A program made the translations under genes and the position numbers. Under the pieces are notes generated by a model. The model saw nothing but the letters and a program-made list of their open reading frames with translations. It was not told the origin of the DNA and did no database searches. This document shows positions 32,301 to 42,077 of a DNA stretch of 64,000 nucleotides, in pieces. The DNA lies in assembly GCA_963811105.1 (NCBI GenBank), contig CAWEPZ010000011.1, positions 448,001 to 512,000 on the forward strand. Reading direction: 5' to 3'. Numbering within the stretch: position 1 is the stretch's first letter; every line of letters begins with the position of its first letter. The stretch is from Candidatus Bathyarchaeota archaeon (GTDB taxonomy: Archaea > Thermoproteota > Bathyarchaeia > Bathyarchaeales > Bathycorpusculaceae).

Positions 32301-33150
32301 ATAAAGCTAAATTATAAAGCTCATAAACCGACATTGATTTTATACTATAGAATTTTCCAACGGGCTCTAAAAAGGCAGAACCTTTATCAATATAGTTAGA
32401 GGTTGCTAAATAATTCCAGTTGTCTCCTCTTATAAAAGGCTGATAAACAAACTGCTGAAGGTAAATTAGAAGTACTGATAAAATAACGATGAATCCAAGA
32501 GCTAATAATAGATTAACATTTAGATTCTTAACCTGTTCATATAATTGATTCTTTCTTTTAGCTATATATCTAAAAAAATATAAAGTCACCAGAATCAAGT
32601 TTACAGATACAAAGACAAATCCAGTAAAAAATGAATCAAGCGATATTAAAATCGTAAGATAGAGCATTTGGGAAGTCAGGAATATGCTCAAAATCACAGA
32701 CAGTATAGAACGCGGTAAAATAGAAAGTCTATTCTTGTTATCAACTAAATTTACTATCAAAAAGCCTGGTATAAAACTCAAAAAAGTGTAGATAACGATA
32801 AAGGATAACCAATCTGTCGTTGGTATACCAAGCCAATTAACATAGATTAAACCGGTTCCCGAAGCAAATATTGCAACCACAAATGACAAGAAAAACAGAA
32901 TTATAGAAATGTGCAATAGAGTCGGCGGAATTCTTCGAATAGTCGCAATCCTTTCTTTCTTCTGCTTAAGGAAATAATATACAAACCCTGATGTTAAGCC
33001 GAATATAAATCCTAGATAAATCGACAAGGGATAGTCAGAAATTAGAATAACCCAAGCTGCAATTGCTATGGCAATTAGAATCGCGTCTAAATTTTTAAGT
33101 AGAGCTGAGCGTTTACCTAAGTTATTCACGAGCACTGAATTCAATACCAT
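29338..33150 (-). CDS. Very large polytopic membrane protein with a big extracellular domain (GT-C-like)
   Basis: Many TMs in the first ~690 aa, RGDNWNY loop, N-x-S/T-rich soluble region, final TM. Confidence 0.65.
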   Translation of the reverse strand: MVLNSVLVNNLGKRSALLKNLDAILIAIAIAAWVILISDYPLSIYLGFIFGLTSGFVYYFLKQKKERIATIRRIPPTLLHISIILFFLSFVVAIFASGTGLIYVNWLGIPTTDWLSFIVIYTFLSFIPGFLIVNLVDNKNRLSILPRSILSVILSIFLTSQMLYLTILISLDSFFTGFVFVSVNLILVTLYFFRYIAKRKNQLYEQVKNLNVNLLLALGFIVILSVLLIYLQQFVYQPFIRGDNWNYLATSNYIDKGSAFLEPVGKFYSIKSMSVYELYNLALFRFSGFPSVNAMMINSLIFASLVPLSFYCMASSYIKSKKVTLLSTLIYSAVSGFGWIPFVSQKISLGLQQYSPENLYGILIDYGPKVLNDISQPQGSIPEGFKTYVLALVSIFMLLYLFKSKLNSIPRMFLIGLIAAFAFLAHIETTLAFFFVFLPAYVLLSKKKLHEVRENIVALALGILLTLVIGLSSPTLLIIPFELNYLLVAAILGVLLLYTYLRKYLQLKLPSFINNYGFFKKFTLLLVCYFYLLSVIVLVSYGYSHMYYGDAVVYLGFTFPWYYYPLSFGIVGALSLAGLFMKFEKYRSLSFFVLVAVLTIILGIVVSFLNLNFFNTGTKEWRLIYRILPIATSILGGWGLFKIMRILKNTDFHIVYHRQRIENSHKISLRRLSIVLFLSAIILGVPSTIIASEYWMSSNATPFGSAYATSENLELANFVKQNVSITSRVATLGDMSNAIIKLAGGTTAVPAIYPDFILSSRPETIALLSSDIGFVCIDKEVAGPSVNRDFINYLPLVLNNSRFSLYSLPYLESPSESSFGYLSPLQYSNNTLLSYLIMASLNSSYQLVNDDFYNKSTIIAPSDLAINEHSSYGVKSPALLDWISGGGTFVVMGGQGEMFNSFGLFFGGVNYHANSTANGISTNFVTYPIKTLSVKPLSYRIDSDVHVLSYYSLNGSNVSPFIAEKKIGNGTVLYVYVDPIYQAIETGNKGWIANSELVTIVKNALEEDGIHFPESYGGLSREPLKNRWIGKYDTYGTNDFLAEGNITTNANISGSYLIEQPIMAEKLLINSNVGQTTINNTKINSVSISGSASIEVKSNLCNSTGLDDNAIPSYVPLKYENSSIRMTVSKGSRIEVYSGNENYSINDGSVVIESTSAELVLLKPQLIVNGTIAFSQISLPSDSSAWTYGVELVGDINFRIGYSDNKYVFMDNFTGEYVKIVQSNPIVDVMPWKDVFFSLPNIFLIISIIFLGTLTFRKWKADDIPYKRNN

Positions 33151-33176
33151 TCCAAGAATCCATAGTATGCTGCAAT

Positions 33177-34430
33177 TTAACGATTCATTATTTCTATAAT
33201 CGTTTCAGCGACTCTCTGTATCGACTTTCCATCAATCGCCTTCAAGTAATCGCAATCAAATACATCTTGACGTTTCTTTAGAGTTCTTGCAAAATTATCA
33301 TCCTCGAGAATCTTTTGCGTCCAATTATTGAGTTGGAGGCTGTTGATTGCCTTTACTGCAGCACCCTTTTCAACAATAGCCTGTGTCGAGAGAAGAACAC
33401 CACCCGTTATTCCATCATTGAAAAAATCAATGACTATCAGAGGTATTCTCGCTAGCACCACATTAAGCATCGCAGTTGAAATCCAAGTGATTACTAAATC
33501 GCTAGAAGCAATTAGACGGGATAGATCTGAATTAGTTACATGTATTACATTATCATAATCAGTTTTCCAAATCAATGGAAAAATATTTTTTTCCACAGGA
33601 TGCAACTTTACAATTACGTCGGCATGATTTCGAAATTTGGCCAAAAGATCAAAAATCTCTTCATTGACTCGTTTTTTTTGCTCTAAAGACCACATTCCAT
33701 GCTCTACTTGTGAGCTTGACAGAAAAAGTATTATTTTCTTGTTTTCAGCGATATTAAACGACCGCTTAATTTCCTCTCGTATACTCATACGTTCCGTTAA
33801 AGACTGATTCACAGCCGCATCAAACCTTGCATCTCCGACTGCACGAATGAACCTGGGACGATTACACAACTTCCTCAATAATTTTGCATCCTCTTCAGTA
33901 CTCGTAAGGATGTAATCAGCGAATTCACCGGCAGTTGGGTTTGATAAGTGATCTATAAATCTACCAAACACTCGAGATAAATTCAAAAAATAGGTAGGTT
34001 TAATTTCAAGAATAGACCTAAAACAAAAGAAGTATTTAGCAAAAATACGCGGAAATTCACCTATTTTGCGAACGATTAACATAAACATTTGATCGAATTT
34101 CGGCTTAGTTACCATTACCATTTCACGTACGATCAGCACAGGAATGTCAAGCGTCTGTGCAGCTATTACAAAAGCGCCTCTAACAGGTTCTTGGTCATTA
34201 TCCGTCACAATTAAACTGGGATGCTCTTGATCAAGAATCTGCAGTGCGGTTTTCGAGTTATAGTCGGATAAGTCTCTGAAAATAACATTAGCTATTTTGT
34301 TTTCACGCAAAACATTGGTTTCATGTTCATCCAATAATACAATGATTGATACATTATTCTTTAAGAGCAGACCTGAAAGTGACTCAACTAACTTTATGAA
34401 CTCAATTCGTTCAGGAAAAATAAACAACAA
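33177..34430 (-). CDS. GT-B fold capsule-biosynthesis protein; candidate nonulosonate transferase
   Basis: VGDARFD, IVKLHPVE, SDLVITWISTAMLN, DGKSIQRV; located in the pse operon. Confidence 0.65.
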   Translation of the reverse strand: MLFIFPERIEFIKLVESLSGLLLKNNVSIIVLLDEHETNVLRENKIANVIFRDLSDYNSKTALQILDQEHPSLIVTDNDQEPVRGAFVIAAQTLDIPVLIVREMVMVTKPKFDQMFMLIVRKIGEFPRIFAKYFFCFRSILEIKPTYFLNLSRVFGRFIDHLSNPTAGEFADYILTSTEEDAKLLRKLCNRPRFIRAVGDARFDAAVNQSLTERMSIREEIKRSFNIAENKKIILFLSSSQVEHGMWSLEQKKRVNEEIFDLLAKFRNHADVIVKLHPVEKNIFPLIWKTDYDNVIHVTNSDLSRLIASSDLVITWISTAMLNVVLARIPLIVIDFFNDGITGGVLLSTQAIVEKGAAVKAINSLQLNNWTQKILEDDNFARTLKKRQDVFDCDYLKAIDGKSIQRVAETIIEIMNR

Positions 34431-34507
34431 TTTTTTTCCGCATCTTTCTTTTTGTTGCGGACCATCATTTTTGCCAGGGAGAGATGCTTCTTTATCGTAA
34501 ATTGCAG

Positions 34508-35620
34508 TTACAGGCTCCTGATTATAAAGTTTAAGCTTTTGCTTGAGTTACTTAAGGACAACTCTTTTTCCGATGTTTCCCTGGCTCGTTTACCTATTTC
34601 TAGTCGAAGATCGTCATTTTCAACCAGGGATCTGAGATAGCGGTACCATTCCTGCTCATTTGTGGCTAGAAAACCGTTCACTCCATGCCGGATGATATAT
34701 TTTTGTTCGCCAAATGGACTTGCTACCACTGGAATCCCCATGGCCATACCTGCGCTAACCCGCAAAGCGCTTTTGCCTTGATTCCAATCGCTATTTACTA
34801 GAGGTGAAACCAATATGTCAAAATCGAACATTTGCTCCGCAAAAAGCCCAAAAGAAAGCCAATGATCTGGCCCAAAATCTATCTCTATTAAGCGACCTAA
34901 TTTTGCAAACATTTGCTTAACTTTTTCATCCCCCATATAAGAGCATATTTTAAACCTAAAATCATGTTCTTCTGCTAGTTTTTGCAGTGGTTTCAATATT
35001 AAATTGAGGTTGTCATAATGATTTGCTGGATTGCCTTGCCAACCGATCGTAATTTTCTTTGAACACTTTCTTTTTGCAGGATTAAAAAGGTCGGTGTCTA
35101 CAGGTACATGTATAATAAATACACGCGATTTCCAGGATTTCGCATACGAATATAGGTAATTTCCGTTTACTATTACAGCGTCTGAATCTCTTAGCATCTT
35201 CTCAGCACAAACGTATGCAGGGCTTCTGATTCTTGCGCCTAGTAGCGAGAGTGAAGGTAGTATTACTGCATCATCTAGATCAAAAATTACTTTGATGCCG
35301 CGCAATTTTAGAAATTTTAAAAAAATAAACAAATTGATTGACGATGATCGACCTATAATGACCACATCTGGTTTTTTCCGGATTGTTTCAACATAGTCTC
35401 TGAATTTATGAAGCGAGAATATGGACAATATTTCTCCAAGAGTTGGTCCCGCAACAGAACACCAGTTTATTGGTAAAATGACTCTACAATTAATTCCATA
35501 AGCTCTTAAGGATCTAGCTAGAGGTAAAGCTCTTGCATGCAATGTAGCGCTTGATAGTTCCACAAAGTAGTCAACGTTGAGGATTTTATTCTTTATATTT
35601 TTACGGTTTAAAGCATTAAT
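34508..35620 (-). CDS. Glycosyltransferase family 4
   Basis: IFDLDDA, IGWQG, GKSALR, MAMGIPVVASP, GVNGFL; open frame extends from GTG 35563 to ATT 35620. Confidence 0.85.
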   Translation of the reverse strand: MNALNRKNIKNKILNVDYFVELSSATLHARALPLARSLRAYGINCRVILPINWCSVAGPTLGEILSIFSLHKFRDYVETIRKKPDVVIIGRSSSINLFIFLKFLKLRGIKVIFDLDDAVILPSLSLLGARIRSPAYVCAEKMLRDSDAVIVNGNYLYSYAKSWKSRVFIIHVPVDTDLFNPAKRKCSKKITIGWQGNPANHYDNLNLILKPLQKLAEEHDFRFKICSYMGDEKVKQMFAKLGRLIEIDFGPDHWLSFGLFAEQMFDFDILVSPLVNSDWNQGKSALRVSAGMAMGIPVVASPFGEQKYIIRHGVNGFLATNEQEWYRYLRSLVENDDLRLEIGKRARETSEKELSLSNSSKSLNFIIRSL

Positions 35621-35622
35621 AG

Positions 35623-36801
35623 CTATGCAATCATCCTATAAATATTCTCAAGAATGTCAACGACCTTTTCGGTATTATACTGAGTCTGAACTAGTTTTCT
35701 GCCATTTAATCCCATTTCGTTCGCTTTTTTGGGATCTCTTAATAATTTTATAATAGCATTCGCTAGCTTATCTGAAGATCGAACCTCAACCAAAAGGCCG
35801 GTAATGTCATCAATAACAAGATCATTTAGACTACCAACCTTCGAAGCAATAACAGATTTTGAGCAAGCATATGCTTCTAAAATTGTAACAGGGAATGTTT
35901 CATACGTGGACGGTAAAACATAAACGTTAGCATCTACAAAGGCCGCAAGTTTATCTGTGCCATATAAAGGTCCTACCAACAGAACATTATCATTTATTCC
36001 TAAATTATTGACTAACCTCTGAAGTTTAGAAAGATAACCATCATCCGGACCAGCGATAACAAGTACGGCACTATTTATTTCTTCAATCACTCTCCTAAAA
36101 GCACTCACGAGAGTATCAAGACCCTTTATTTTATTCAACCGTCCTAAGAAAAGAACAATCCGTTTGTTCTCATCCAAACCAAACTTTTGTCTAAAGCACC
36201 CTTCCTTTGGTAGGTTAACAAACTCAGATAAATCAAGACTATTAGGAACTATTGCAATTTTTTCGGATGGAACACCTGCGGCTTCATATTGGTCGAATTC
36301 CATACGGTTTAGTGCAATCACTCTTGAAGCGTCTCTTAACAGTTTAGGGCCGAAAAGAGTGTCAAAAAACCATCGTCTAGTTTCTCTACCTATTTTAGGC
36401 AAAGACCCATGAGCTTGAAGCACATATGGGATTTGATATTTTTTGGATAGATGATGTACAATGATATTTTGAAAAGTGGAATACTCATGGGAATGAATAA
36501 TATCAAATGCTCGCGGGTCTTTCAAGTCAACGTTTATTTGGTTATACATTTGAGGAGTAATAAATAGTCTTGATGTTTTTACCGTAAACATAGATATGTT
36601 TCTATAATAGTGGACATGCATTCCTTCGATTTCAGTTTTACAAGTTTTAATTCGATTATTTACATCCAAAGCGTCAGAAGTGTAAACGAAAACTTCATTG
36701 CCTTTCTCAACCAGCTTTCTCCCTAAATCAAAAGCCACTTTAACTGGACCCCCAAAGCATTCTGCCGGAAAGAAATACGGTATAACAAATAAAATTCTCA
36801 A
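35623..36801 (-). CDS. Glycosyltransferase family 4
   Basis: FLGRLNKIKG, IAGPDDG, PSTYETFPVTILEAYA. Confidence 0.92.
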   Translation of the reverse strand: MRILFVIPYFFPAECFGGPVKVAFDLGRKLVEKGNEVFVYTSDALDVNNRIKTCKTEIEGMHVHYYRNISMFTVKTSRLFITPQMYNQINVDLKDPRAFDIIHSHEYSTFQNIIVHHLSKKYQIPYVLQAHGSLPKIGRETRRWFFDTLFGPKLLRDASRVIALNRMEFDQYEAAGVPSEKIAIVPNSLDLSEFVNLPKEGCFRQKFGLDENKRIVLFLGRLNKIKGLDTLVSAFRRVIEEINSAVLVIAGPDDGYLSKLQRLVNNLGINDNVLLVGPLYGTDKLAAFVDANVYVLPSTYETFPVTILEAYACSKSVIASKVGSLNDLVIDDITGLLVEVRSSDKLANAIIKLLRDPKKANEMGLNGRKLVQTQYNTEKVVDILENIYRMIA

Positions 36802-36806
36802 ATTAG

Positions 36807-38012
36807 CTACCGCAGATTCCTAAAGATCTTATATAGCTTCTCACCAATTGCAATAATTGACCCCTCAGCTTCAACCCATTTTCTACCATTTTCACCATAA
36901 ATACTACAACGAACTGGATCTCGCTTTAACCCTAAAACCGCGTTTGCTAACGCTTCAAAGTCACCAGGATTAACAACTAGCCCTGAACCAGTATCTTCCA
37001 CGAAAACTGAAGGCAATCCCCTGCTACAACATATTATTGGCTTTCCAACTGCTTGATACTCATACAATTTGGACGACATACCCCGGTAAGGGGTCTTAAA
37101 ATTTGCGAGAGGCAAAATTAATACGTCCGCCTGACTCAAGAATCCAGCTACAGATTCTCTGCTTAGCAGCTTATCAATGATCTGTACGTTTTTCAGTTTT
37201 AGCTCACTAATTCTTGAACGCATGGAACCTAAAAGCTCGCCTTTACCCTGAATGACAAACTCTATATCAGGATCTAAATTCTCAAGCATTTTCGCAGCTT
37301 TGAATACCTGGTCAAAATCATAGGCAATTGAAAAGCCGCCTGAATACAAAACAACAAATTTGTTTCTATTATTCTGTTTTGGTTGTGGCTTGAAAACATC
37401 TAAATCTACCCCTCCTCGTACCACTTGGATGTGATACCTGTCTACGCCGTATTTGATTATTGTGGGTATATAACCGGGGCTTATTGGGGTGGCTGCTTTG
37501 ACTTTAGCGAATACTATTCTTGCAAAGATCTCTGCTAATTTTGAAATAGCGGAGCCTCTTTTTGCTAAGTCTAAATCGTATAAGTCTTCGATAATTAAGT
37601 CATCTACATTGGTCACTATCGGCTTTCTCTTTATGCTACTATACACAATTGCTGGAACAAGAATGAGCACATCTGGATTTGCCGCCCATATGACATCGAT
37701 TTTTCCAGTAAAAGGTATGACAAATAAAGATGAGACAATAAATGACCAGAAAACAAGTAAGCGTTTTAGCAATCCCTCAGATTCAATCGGAAGCACAAAG
37801 GTTCGGACGATTTTCGTTTTTCCTGAATATTCGACTTTAAGAGGTTTATACTTGTACTTTTTTGGAACCCTTCCTGTTGGGTAATGCGGGAAAGCTGTGA
37901 CAACTGTTACGTTACAATCGTTTAAGGAAAGACCTTTAGCTGCGTTGCTTGATCTTGTTGCTGCACCGCCTATGTCAGGTGGGAAGTATTCTCCTAAAAT
38001 GAGAACATTCAA
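36807..38012 (-). CDS. Glycosyltransferase family 4 (WbuB-like)
   Basis: YFPPDIGGA, VVTAFPHYP, SKLYEYQAVGKPII. Confidence 0.9.
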   Translation of the reverse strand: MNVLILGEYFPPDIGGAATRSSNAAKGLSLNDCNVTVVTAFPHYPTGRVPKKYKYKPLKVEYSGKTKIVRTFVLPIESEGLLKRLLVFWSFIVSSLFVIPFTGKIDVIWAANPDVLILVPAIVYSSIKRKPIVTNVDDLIIEDLYDLDLAKRGSAISKLAEIFARIVFAKVKAATPISPGYIPTIIKYGVDRYHIQVVRGGVDLDVFKPQPKQNNRNKFVVLYSGGFSIAYDFDQVFKAAKMLENLDPDIEFVIQGKGELLGSMRSRISELKLKNVQIIDKLLSRESVAGFLSQADVLILPLANFKTPYRGMSSKLYEYQAVGKPIICCSRGLPSVFVEDTGSGLVVNPGDFEALANAVLGLKRDPVRCSIYGENGRKWVEAEGSIIAIGEKLYKIFRNLR

Positions 38013-38029
38013 AGCCGTAAATTATCACT

Positions 38030-40090
38030 CTATTTTTTGCGATAACGTTTAGGGGCAGCATTAATAATTTCAATGGCTTTATTGATGTCAAAATCAATCG
38101 CTTGCCCATACCATTCGATTGATTTAAACCGGGGCTTGTTTTCTTCCTTAATTATTTCGTACGCTTGTTCTCTAGTTAGTTTTCCCTCGCGTATTTGATG
38201 ACTTCTAAAAATATCGAATTCTGTGAACCCGGTCATTGTCATATATATGTAGTTGTAGAATGATGCTGTACCGTCATCTGTGCGCCAAGTTGCTATAGTA
38301 TCTGTTTCTTTTTCCCAGTTGAACTTTTCGGTTATTGTGCTTATAATTTTGTTCTCGTCCCAATCTAAATAATGGAAAAGATAAAGATAATCATCAGTCA
38401 ACACATAAGAAGAATAAAACGCGAAGAGCGTATCGATTATTGACCTATTTATGTAAGATGGATTTCGTATGAATTGTTTTAGGTAATAAAACATGATTTT
38501 TGCTTTGTTCTTTTTTGAGATGCCTGTCATTCGCTTTAGCGCATTCTTACTGCCTTGAGTGGTAACATTACAAAAGCCATATTTGAAAAGCCCTGTCCCT
38601 TCCTCGCCTTCATAACCACCGCAGAATATGAACAATTTTATGCCGGTTTGTTTTCGGACTTTATGGAAGTAATAATAGAATTGCTTATCGCCAGCCATTA
38701 GGATGGGAACCATCCCTAAATCAGGTCTTTTTAGCCAAGCTTTAAGATTCTTGCGAATGTTTGCCCTTTTTGTTTTGATGTCAGCCGAAATAACAATGTG
38801 TTCAATACCTAGTTTGCCGACGACGCGCGCTTGGTTTCGACGGGCAAGGTCATTTACCATTCCCCAATCATATGTGAATGTAATTGGATGTAATCCTAAT
38901 GTATTTTTGACATAATCAAGCCCGTATGCGCTGTCACGTCCGCCGCTAAAACCGATAAGAACATCAGGTTCGCCAGATTTATTTCTATATTGAGAGATAA
39001 ACTCTTCAAGCGCTCTTTCGCCTTTTAAGTAATTCCCTCGTGTTTCGTAGTCTCTGCAGTAGCTGCATACGCCTTCTTTGTCAAAACTAATGTAAGGCAT
39101 CGTTTCAGGCAGCAAACACATCGTGCATCTTAATGTATTTTCGCTTGAATAGATCGCTTCCCAATTTGCAGTCATGGATTTCTTTATGTCCTCACGTAAG
39201 AGGTATTGGCTTACGTCTATGGATGGAGATGTTTGCTGGTCATAGAGTTCAAAGATTTCAGCTTTCGATTTCAAAGGAACAGTATTTGAGTTGTCAGCTG
39301 AATGATCGTATAATGAGAACATTTGTTGTTGTAACAAGTTAAGGTCGAATATGTAGCCTTGACCCGCTTTGACTTGCATTATTGACTGCTCAACAAACAG
39401 GCCTCTTAATAATTTGTGATCTAAAACTTGTTTAAGTATGTATTTTTCTGATGCAAATACCAATATTTTTTGTCTTTGGCTTGAAGCCATGTAAAGTGAA
39501 CCAGTGTTGGATGCAAGAGCAAAGTTATTGATGTCATCGAATTGTAGAGCAACGGAAGCTGACCCTTCAATTTGTCCAAAGACAAGCTTGACAGCCTCAA
39601 TTAAAGATTTGCCCTGCGCACGATACATCTGCAATAAGCTAAGGAACACTTCAGTATCGACGTCATACGTCTTCTTAATTTGCGAAAAATGATTCCAAAG
39701 TTGAGAATCGTTAACGATGATTCCATTGTGAATTCCAACGGCGCCATCTTTAACAACAGGTTGGTTGTTGGTATTTATTTCGCTTTGACCATTCGTTTGT
39801 AGTCGCGAGTGACCCATAATTAAAAGGGGCGCCATTAATTGGGCGCCGTCATATGCTTGGGTTTTGAGAGTTTGATTGAATAGTTCTTTGTATTGTGGGG
39901 TTTTAACAAGTTTCGATGAGGTAATTGGTTCCTTGAAAACATAGATTGAGTTTTGAAATCTTGCAGCTATTCCTGATGCTTCCTTTCCGCGGGATTCGGA
40001 CAGTTTGAATATGCTATTTACGATTTGCATTAGCTCTTTGGGTGTAAGCTTTAGGTTTTCACCGATTGCTATGCCAAATATTCCACACAA
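38030..40090 (-). CDS. Class II glutamine amidotransferase fused to an N-acetyl-sugar amidotransferase (PP-loop)
   Basis: N-terminal MCGIFG, RG.EASG, GHSRLQTNG, HNGIIVN, DTEV; C-half CTMCLLPET, CSYC, FSGGRDS. Confidence 0.85.
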   Translation of the reverse strand: MCGIFGIAIGENLKLTPKELMQIVNSIFKLSESRGKEASGIAARFQNSIYVFKEPITSSKLVKTPQYKELFNQTLKTQAYDGAQLMAPLLIMGHSRLQTNGQSEINTNNQPVVKDGAVGIHNGIIVNDSQLWNHFSQIKKTYDVDTEVFLSLLQMYRAQGKSLIEAVKLVFGQIEGSASVALQFDDINNFALASNTGSLYMASSQRQKILVFASEKYILKQVLDHKLLRGLFVEQSIMQVKAGQGYIFDLNLLQQQMFSLYDHSADNSNTVPLKSKAEIFELYDQQTSPSIDVSQYLLREDIKKSMTANWEAIYSSENTLRCTMCLLPETMPYISFDKEGVCSYCRDYETRGNYLKGERALEEFISQYRNKSGEPDVLIGFSGGRDSAYGLDYVKNTLGLHPITFTYDWGMVNDLARRNQARVVGKLGIEHIVISADIKTKRANIRKNLKAWLKRPDLGMVPILMAGDKQFYYYFHKVRKQTGIKLFIFCGGYEGEEGTGLFKYGFCNVTTQGSKNALKRMTGISKKNKAKIMFYYLKQFIRNPSYINRSIIDTLFAFYSSYVLTDDYLYLFHYLDWDENKIISTITEKFNWEKETDTIATWRTDDGTASFYNYIYMTMTGFTEFDIFRSHQIREGKLTREQAYEIIKEENKPRFKSIEWYGQAIDFDINKAIEIINAAPKRYRKK

Positions 40091-40119
40091 TGTAGATCTG
40101 TCTCAAACAGTTTATGGGT

Positions 40120-41160
40120 TTAGCTGCTTTTGTATGAAGCTTCTATGTTTTTCCAGTTTTGGAGAAACCAAGCGTTGACTTGTTTTAGTCCTTCTTTGAA
40201 ATCCATGTTCGGATTGTATCCAAGTATTTTTCGCGCTTTTTTAATGGATGCAAGAAGTCTGTTTTTCTTATCCCAGTCGCGACGTTCCTTGAATACTATT
40301 CCAGCTTTGTTTTCGGTTATTTCGTTAATCCATTGTGCTAAGTCGCCGATTCGGATCTCTCTGGAGGTTGCAAGGTTAATTGCTTCACCGATTGCTTCTT
40401 CGAAGTATGCCATTGCTAACAATCCGTTGATGATGTCTCCGACAAAGGTAAAGTCGCGTGTTTCATCACCTGTTCCCGTGATGGGTAGCGGTTGCCTATT
40501 TATTGACCAATAGAAGAAGTTGGGAATTACATTACGGTATTTTCCTGGAACTTCTCCTGGACCGTAAGAATTGAAGAATCGGGCATTCACGATCGGTAGA
40601 TGATACAGGTTGTAATAGTAGTTAGTGTAAAGTTCCCCTAGCATTTTGGTTACTTGGTACGGTGTATAGAGTTTCATTGATACATCGTCTTCTTCGAAGG
40701 GCATTTTTGAGTCTGCGCCATATATTCCGCAGCCTGAAGAAGCATAGATGAATCGTTCAACACCGACCAGATGGGCATGTTCGAGAACTTTCAGCGTTCC
40801 CATCCCATTTACCATCAGGTCCGTTTCGGGGTTATCAACGGAGTTTTGGTTCGCAAAATGGGCTGCCAAGTGATAAACAATTTGAGGCTTCGCTTTGAAT
40901 GCCCATTTCAGCTTTTCGTCGTCAAGAATGCTGCCCTTAACGAAGGTGATTTTTGGGCTTACTGGTATGTTCCATTCGTATGATGACGATAAGTCGTCGA
41001 TGATTATGATTTTTTTTGTTTCTAAGCTAGATAGTGTCTTTACCAAGTTGGAGCCGATTGAACCTGCTCCGCCAGTAACAAGCACAGTTTTTCCATCGAA
41101 TACATCTTGCACTTTCTTATTCATTTCAAGCTTCGCCTCGCTAAGCACTTTGCTTTTCAT
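40120..41160 (-). CDS. NAD-dependent epimerase/dehydratase
   Basis: VTGGAGSIGS, YQVTK, RFFNSYGPGE, TRDFTFV. Confidence 0.92.
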   Translation of the reverse strand: MKSKVLSEAKLEMNKKVQDVFDGKTVLVTGGAGSIGSNLVKTLSSLETKKIIIIDDLSSSYEWNIPVSPKITFVKGSILDDEKLKWAFKAKPQIVYHLAAHFANQNSVDNPETDLMVNGMGTLKVLEHAHLVGVERFIYASSGCGIYGADSKMPFEEDDVSMKLYTPYQVTKMLGELYTNYYYNLYHLPIVNARFFNSYGPGEVPGKYRNVIPNFFYWSINRQPLPITGTGDETRDFTFVGDIINGLLAMAYFEEAIGEAINLATSREIRIGDLAQWINEITENKAGIVFKERRDWDKKNRLLASIKKARKILGYNPNMDFKEGLKQVNAWFLQNWKNIEASYKSS

Positions 41161-42067
41161 AGAGTTTCTTGAACCATGCCACAGTTCTACGTACGCCCTC
41201 TTCAGGGGAAACGGTCAGTTCTAAATTCAAATCTTTTCTAGCTTTGGATGCATCAGGAGTCTTGATTCGAGTTGTGAATGGCTCGCCTTCCTTGTAAGTA
41301 ACCTTAGAGTCATCCTTGCCTATGTTCTTGAGTATCAAATCCGACACGTATTTGACGTCATAATTTATTTCTCCTCCAAAGTTGTAGACTTCGCCTGCCT
41401 TGAAATTATCGATTATGTTAACGAACGCTCTGCAGAGATCCTCGACATATTCGAGTGTGCGCTTGTGTCCTAAATAAACAGTGTAGGGCTCGTCATGAAT
41501 TGCTTTGTAGATGAATTTTGGTATCCATCCACGATAAGGTGTGTAGTGTTCGCCAACTCCATAAACGTTGAATAATCGCATTCTAACTGATTCTGTTCCA
41601 AACATAGCCGCAGAATTAAGAATCTGTATTTCGTTAACCCATTTAGACATTGCATAATCGTTCATCTGTTTGATTGCGATAGTGTCCATTACGTCTTCCC
41701 GCATAACGCCTTCATAGTCGCCGTAGACTTCTGCGCTTCCGAAGAAAATCATCCTAAACTTTTTCCTCTCTTGCAACCGAAGAATATTTTTTGTTCCAAT
41801 TGCATTTGTCGCCCAGAGGTTTTCGTAGTAATCTTCTCCATTCCATCTACCGTATTCGGCTGCTGCATGGTAAACGTAATCGAAATCGTTTTCTGCAAGA
41901 AGACGTTCTACCTGAGAGAATTTGCTGATATCACAGCGGATACATTTTGGCTGCACAGAATGCATTAAGTCGCAAGCCCATGTGTCAAATCCACGTTTTT
42001 CCAATTCTCGAACTAAATTTGAGCCAATAAAGCCCAAGCCACCTGTTACAAGTACTTTTTTAGTGAT
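41141..42067 (-). CDS. NAD-dependent epimerase/dehydratase
   Basis: TKKVLVTGGLGFIGS (begins at ATC 42067), YAMSK, RLFNVYG. Confidence 0.9.
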   Translation of the reverse strand: MTKKVLVTGGLGFIGSNLVRELEKRGFDTWACDLMHSVQPKCIRCDISKFSQVERLLAENDFDYVYHAAAEYGRWNGEDYYENLWATNAIGTKNILRLQERKKFRMIFFGSAEVYGDYEGVMREDVMDTIAIKQMNDYAMSKWVNEIQILNSAAMFGTESVRMRLFNVYGVGEHYTPYRGWIPKFIYKAIHDEPYTVYLGHKRTLEYVEDLCRAFVNIIDNFKAGEVYNFGGEINYDVKYVSDLILKNIGKDDSKVTYKEGEPFTTRIKTPDASKARKDLNLELTVSPEEGVRRTVAWFKKLYEKQSA

Positions 42068-42077
42068 GTGCTATTCC

